DNA of 10,776 nucleotides from a bacterium (GTDB lineage Bacteria > Zhuqueibacterota > Zhuqueibacteria > Zhuqueibacterales > Zhuqueibacteraceae), in contig JBIOXB010000219.1 of assembly GCA_044869275.1 (NCBI GenBank), forward strand, positions 1-10,776. Direction: 5' to 3'. The first letter of the stretch is position 1. Every line of letters starts with the position of its first letter. Under the pieces are notes generated by a model. The model was not told the origin of the DNA and ran no database searches. It worked only from the letters and a program-made list of their open reading frames with translations. Below, piece after piece: positions 6,374 through 10,776 of this stretch. The translations under genes and the position numbers were made by a program.

Positions 6374-7873
6374 CTACTTTTTCCGTTTTCGCGCGAAGGC
6401 CGTGATCTCGGCACCGACACCATCCTGCACGCGGCGCACGGCGCGATCGGAAACGAGGAAATGCTGCATCATCATCGAGAAAACAATCTCTTCACCCTCG
6501 ACCGTCGTGGTATATCCTGACAGGGTGCTCACCCCGGAAAGCGAGCCGGTCTTGGCGCGCAACACCCCCTCGGCCGGAGTTTGGCGCATGCGCGTTTCCA
6601 GCGTGCCATCCACACCGGCGATTGGAAGCGTGGTAACGAACTCATGGCGAATGGTCTCATTGCTCCAGAGCGCGGTCAACATCTCCACCAGACCGGCAGG
6701 CGTGACCAGGTTATAACGCGACACCCCCGAGCCGTCAGCAGCTCTCAGGGCGAGCGTATCGACACCGCTTTGGGCGAGAAATTGGCGCAAAGCAACAATG
6801 CCCTTTTCCGCCGTACCCGGACGGCCGAGACGCTCCGCGCCGATGGTCTTTAACAACAATTCCGCGCTGAGATTATCGGAAGTTTTGTTGAGATTGATCA
6901 GCACCGGCAGCAGAGGGCCTTCATGCTCTGCCAGAGTCTGCTTCCTTGCCGGGCCCAGGCCATGCTGAATCTCACCGGAAAATCGCACGCCGCAGAGCGG
7001 CAACAAATCTCGGAAGATATAGCCGGCCTGCAACTCGGCCTGCAACACGTTTTGTTTGCTTTCCTGCAGCCCTTCGTCCATGCCGATCGCCCCTTCGATC
7101 TCGAACACGTTTTGATTTTCCTGCCAGCGGCGATGGAGGCTGAGCGGCCGCAAATCCAGCGAATCGATTTGCGCCGCGCGCGCCACGGTGACGCTGCGAT
7201 TGACGACTTCCACGAACGGGCTGGGCGCGTTGACGGAGATCCGTGCGGGCTGCCCGGGTGTTTGCGCCGCGTGTGCGCGCAGGGTCACGGCGTTATCATT
7301 CACCGTCAGTGCCGTAAAACGAGAGTACAGCCACGAGGGATCGTCATCCCACATCCAGCCGCTGCCCCAGCGCACGTTATCAAAATAAAAATCATCACAA
7401 ACGATATTGCCGTTGATCGCATGAATGCCTTTTTGTGCCAGTGCTTGTGCCAGAGAGAACAGATCGCCCGTGGTCAAATCGGGATCGCCGCGGCCGATCA
7501 AATAAATATTGCCCTGCAAAACGCTGTCGCGCACCGCACCGGAATCGCAGGCGAGAGTAGTTTTATAAATGAAATGCGGCCCCAACAAAGAAATGGCTGC
7601 CGCAGAAGTGAGCAGCTTCTGGTTCGAAGCGGGGTGAAACAACAAATGAGCATTGCGCTCATACAAAACTTCTCCGGTGCGCAGCGCAACGATTTTGACC
7701 CCGGCTTGCGAACGCGCCAACGCCGAATCGGCAAGAATGGCATCGAGGCGCTGGCCCAGGGCTTTGACTGCCGCAGATTTCTTTCTAGCAGTTTGCCGTG
7801 AGGTGGCACAACCGGAGTTCAGTAAAGCCAGACAGATTAAAACGGAACAAATCTGGGGCAAGAGGCTATGCAT
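6374..7873 (-). CDS. dacB: D-alanyl-D-alanine carboxypeptidase/endopeptidase PBP4 (peptidase S13), probable lipoprotein
   Basis: SxxK (PASNQK), SxN (KTSDNL), KTG (AKTGSL), GRGDPDL and DGSGVSRYN. Start placed at ATG 7873, which gives a signal peptide with lipobox LNSG-C; the ORF track start at 7906 is less likely. Confidence 0.93.
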   Translation of the reverse strand: MHSLLPQICSVLICLALLNSGCATSRQTARKKSAAVKALGQRLDAILADSALARSQAGVKIVALRTGEVLYERNAHLLFHPASNQKLLTSAAAISLLGPHFIYKTTLACDSGAVRDSVLQGNIYLIGRGDPDLTTGDLFSLAQALAQKGIHAINGNIVCDDFYFDNVRWGSGWMWDDDPSWLYSRFTALTVNDNAVTLRAHAAQTPGQPARISVNAPSPFVEVVNRSVTVARAAQIDSLDLRPLSLHRRWQENQNVFEIEGAIGMDEGLQESKQNVLQAELQAGYIFRDLLPLCGVRFSGEIQHGLGPARKQTLAEHEGPLLPVLINLNKTSDNLSAELLLKTIGAERLGRPGTAEKGIVALRQFLAQSGVDTLALRAADGSGVSRYNLVTPAGLVEMLTALWSNETIRHEFVTTLPIAGVDGTLETRMRQTPAEGVLRAKTGSLSGVSTLSGYTTTVEGEEIVFSMMMQHFLVSDRAVRRVQDGVGAEITAFARKRKK

Positions 7874-8004
7874 GGTATTCGCTTCGTTAAGATTCAACCT
7901 CCACACACCTGCGGTTCGAGCAGGCTTGATTTATCGTCAAAATCGGGCATGGGCACCGAATTAAGTTTGTATAAATGCTGAGGCCTTGCCGCGCAAATTT
8001 GTGC

Positions 8005-8032
8005 TTGACAATGAACCGGAATGTGTTATTAT
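8005..8032 (+). promoter_or_regulatory. Strong sigma70 promoter with extended -10
   Basis: TTGACA (8005-8010), 16 bp, TATTAT (8027-8032), with TG at 8024-8025. Confidence 0.65.
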
Positions 8033-8045
8033 TCAGCTCGTCGCC

Positions 8046-8120
8046 ATGTTCTTCCGCTTTGTTCTGCATGCCGCCCTTTTTGGTTTGTACCTGGCAGCCC
8101 TTTGCCGGCTGCCGTTGTGA
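8046..8120 (+). CDS. Putative 24-aa hydrophobic small protein / uORF
   Basis: MFFRFVLHAALFGLYLAALCRLPL, followed by tandem stops TGA TAA. Starts about 7 nt after the predicted TSS. Confidence 0.35.
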   Translation: MFFRFVLHAALFGLYLAALCRLPL

Positions 8121-8164
8121 TAAACCCATCGCTCCATCCATCCTTTCGCCTCAGAAAAGAAACT

Positions 8165-9082
8165 ATGAAACCCAACGACCATCGCCTGCTCCTTGCCGTC
8201 CTGGCGTTTGTCTTCGCCGCCGGATGCAGTTCGCGCACGGTAAAACCGCAGCAATCCTACGACAAGCTGAAGCCGATCGGCGTCGCGCCACAAACTTCCT
8301 CCACCCCGACTTTGGTCGTGCAGATCAACAATGTACGCGATCACGGCAAAAGCCGGAAAAATTCCGCGGCGTTGTTCATCAACGATCAGGAAATAACGCC
8401 CAGCAATGCCACCCAGGATGCCAACCCGCGCGATAATATTTATGAGCTGTCGCTGGCCAGCGGCGTCTACAAAATCGAAGCGGTTTACCATGCGCAATCC
8501 TTTTGGAAAGCGAAGGATTTCAAAATCACCACCCAGGACGGCAAGGTGAGGGTTTATCCCAATCACAGCACGACACTGGCAATCACGCTGGACAAGAAGC
8601 CCGACGGGGCTTTGCAACGCCAGAAAAACTTCTTTTCCGAAATACCTCAGGCCCTTTCCGCCGGCGCGACACTCACTTCCTCCCCGCCAGCGGCCGACAA
8701 GCCTTCTGCCCCGCTGCTGATCACCACGCCGCAAAATGCGCCGCAGGCGCAACCCCAGGCACGGGCTTCTATCGTTGAAATCACCTCCCCAGTGCAACAA
8801 ACTGCTCAGCCGGCGTCTCCAGCTGCAGCCGAGCAGGCGGCACCGGTGCGCAGCGGCCAAATCGCGCTGCAAATCAACACCTCACCGACCAACGCCGAAG
8901 TTATTGTTGATAACAAGTATTTGGGCCAATCGCCGCTGGTCACCTATGTCGATCGCGGGCAGAATCACGTGATTCAAATTTCCAAGAACGGCTATGCGAC
9001 GACGATCAAAGTGCTCGAGCATCGCGAATTTGGCAACCAAAATGTTTACTTCTTCATCGAAAAGCTGGAAGCGCAGAGATAA
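8165..9082 (+). CDS. Lipoprotein with C-terminal PEGA domain
   Basis: Start reassigned to ATG 8165 (305 aa): MKPNDHRLLLAVLAFVFAAG-C lipobox, beta-rich domain, P/A/Q-rich linker, PEGA motif LQINTSPTNAEVIVDNKYLGQSPL...HVIQISKNGY. Confidence 0.85.
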   Translation: MKPNDHRLLLAVLAFVFAAGCSSRTVKPQQSYDKLKPIGVAPQTSSTPTLVVQINNVRDHGKSRKNSAALFINDQEITPSNATQDANPRDNIYELSLASGVYKIEAVYHAQSFWKAKDFKITTQDGKVRVYPNHSTTLAITLDKKPDGALQRQKNFFSEIPQALSAGATLTSSPPAADKPSAPLLITTPQNAPQAQPQARASIVEITSPVQQTAQPASPAAAEQAAPVRSGQIALQINTSPTNAEVIVDNKYLGQSPLVTYVDRGQNHVIQISKNGYATTIKVLEHREFGNQNVYFFIEKLEAQR

Positions 9083-9122
9083 CGCTGCCGCAACTGCCGG
9101 CCACCTTACTAGAGCATCGATT

Positions 9123-10052
9123 TCATACCCGGCGATAAGGCTTCGCCAAGTCGGCCGGGGTGGAAGTTTTCGAACTCACCAAAACGAGCACCACCAGGGT
9201 TAAGATATACGGCAGCATCAAGAAAAACTGATATGGGATCTTCGAGCCGAGCGCTTGAAATTGAAATTGCAGCGCATTGGTGCAGCCGAAAAATAATGAA
9301 GCCAGGAAGATTTTCCACGGCTGCCAGCGGCCGAAGATCACCAGCGCCAGCGCGATAAAACCCCGCCCGGCCGTCATCCCTTCCACAAAAGTGTTGGCGT
9401 GCGCCAAAGAAAGATAGCTGCCCGCAGCGCCGCACATTCCGCCGCAAAACAAGAGGCACGCGAAACGCAGGCGATAGACATTCAATCCCGCCGTATCTGC
9501 TGCGGCCGCGTGCTCGCCGCAGGCGCGAATCGCCAGGCCCAGTTGCGTCCGGTTCAAGATCAGAGAAGCAAGGGGCAATAAGCCCAGGGCAAGATACAAG
9601 AGCGCCGGCTGATGCGAGAAAAAAGCTCCCACGAGAGGAATTTGATGCAAAACCGGAATCGTGACCGGCTCGAAGGAGGGCACCGTAAGCGCTGACCCGG
9701 TCACACCGAAAATGCGGCGGAAGAGAAAACCGGTCAATCCTGCGGCCATCAAATTCAAGCCTGCACCCACGATGATTTGATCGGCAAAAAAATAAACCGT
9801 CAAAATGCCAAACAGCGCCGCCAGCACGATTCCAGCAAGAACGCCCGCAAGCAATCCCAGCCACGGGCTGGCGGTGAAGAAACCGGCCGCCATGCCCGTA
9901 AAAGCGCCTGCCAGCATCATGCCTTCCAAGCCGATATTGATCACCCCGCTGCGCTCGGCATAGGTTTCGCCGGTGGCCGCCAGCCACAAGGGCGCAGCGA
10001 GCTTGCCGCCGGAACGGAGGAGATTTTCGATAAAATCGAGATACAAACTCAA
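9123..10052 (-). CDS. ABC transporter permease, CUT2/nucleoside type (NupC/YufQ-like)
   Basis: Motifs ERSGVINIGLEGMMLAGAF, GLAIRACGEH..AADTAGLNV, GRGFIALALVIFGRWQP, MLPYILTLVVL. TTG start with GGGAG RBS. Confidence 0.93.
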   Translation of the reverse strand: MSLYLDFIENLLRSGGKLAAPLWLAATGETYAERSGVINIGLEGMMLAGAFTGMAAGFFTASPWLGLLAGVLAGIVLAALFGILTVYFFADQIIVGAGLNLMAAGLTGFLFRRIFGVTGSALTVPSFEPVTIPVLHQIPLVGAFFSHQPALLYLALGLLPLASLILNRTQLGLAIRACGEHAAAADTAGLNVYRLRFACLLFCGGMCGAAGSYLSLAHANTFVEGMTAGRGFIALALVIFGRWQPWKIFLASLFFGCTNALQFQFQALGSKIPYQFFLMLPYILTLVVLVLVSSKTSTPADLAKPYRRV

Positions 10053-10157
10053 TGCTGCTCCCGTGATTTTGCCGCCCCCAACCAGAAAAACACGAAATGA
10101 ATCGCACCGTTTGCACAGATGGCAGAAGTTTCTCGGCGCTTAACCGAGTCGCGTCGC

Positions 10158-10775
10158 TTATTTTTTGCGCAGTTCCAGCGCGCCCATGACGGCGACCGTG
10201 ACGATGACCGAACCCTGAATCGCATAGACAATCACAGCCGAGACATTGGCCTGCCTTTGCATGGCCGCCGCGCCGTTTTCCAGCGCGCCGAAGAGAAAAG
10301 CCGTGGCGATGATGGCCAGCGGATGCAGCCTGGCCATAAGCGCGACGGCGATGGCGGTGTAGCCATAACCCGGCGAAAAATTTTGATACAGGCGATAGGT
10401 GACTCCGCTCAATTCCACCACGCCGGCGAAACCGGCCACGGCGCCGGAAAGCACCAAGCTCCACAAGTGAATGCGTTTCACCTCCAGGGCGGCAAAGCGC
10501 GCGGCAACTGGGTTTGCAGCAACCATTTGCATGTGCCATCCGAAGGCCGTGCGAAAAAAAAGTAAATAGCCCATCCAGGCGAGCAAGGGTGCCAGCACAA
10601 TGCCGGCATGCAATCGCGTGGGCGGCAGCCAGCGCCCCAGCCGCAACCCCGGCGCGAGAGCTTCCGTTTGCGGGAACTGCCTGGCCGCTTCCATCAGCGG
10701 CCCGTTGACGGCGTAACGGATCATTTCAATAGCGATGAAATTGAGCAGAATCGTCGCCACCACTTCCGGCACACC
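10158..10775 (-). CDS. ABC transporter permease, CUT2/nucleoside type (NupB/YufP-like), 5' end outside the window
   Basis: Frame open to the window edge. Motifs EVVATILLNFIA, NPVAARFA, SGAVAGFAG, GYGYTAIAVALMARLHP, FLFGALENGA, IQGSVI. Confidence 0.92.
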   Translation of the reverse strand, partial: GVPEVVATILLNFIAIEMIRYAVNGPLMEAARQFPQTEALAPGLRLGRWLPPTRLHAGIVLAPLLAWMGYLLFFRTAFGWHMQMVAANPVAARFAALEVKRIHLWSLVLSGAVAGFAGVVELSGVTYRLYQNFSPGYGYTAIAVALMARLHPLAIIATAFLFGALENGAAAMQRQANVSAVIVYAIQGSVIVTVAVMGALELRKK

Positions 10776-10776
10776 G

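Noticed and set aside
9109..10539. 476-aa minus-strand ORF spanning both permeases
   Set aside because: Alternative-frame shadow of two well-supported permease genes. Arg/Gly-rich with no recognisable motifs.

Overview
Bacterial chromosomal window, probably FCB-superphylum (KSB1/Calditrichota-like, inferred from a T9SS/FlgD-type C-terminal domain). Gene order: hairpin/repeat-rich intergenic region (1-560); secreted M14 carboxypeptidase T-like gene (+); a 737-bp two-gene cassette (+) of 80 and 94 aa; bidirectional terminator; minus-strand cluster of an Asp-less receiver protein, an Lrp/AsnC regulator and a GSI-alpha glnA; dacB/PBP4 (-); divergent PEGA-domain lipoprotein (+) preceded by a 24-aa hydrophobic uORF; two nucleoside-type ABC permeases (-, the second cut by the window edge). 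Most interesting: the two-gene cassette looks like an uncharacterised toxin-antitoxin/immunity pair. It has its own sigma70 promoter giving a predicted leaderless mRNA and an ATGA overlap, and is flanked by an 18-bp direct repeat (17/18 identical) that duplicates the left arm of the glnA terminator. Second candidate: a non-canonical nitrogen-control module (pseudo-receiver, Lrp, glnA). All family calls come from reading motifs by eye; no searches were run.
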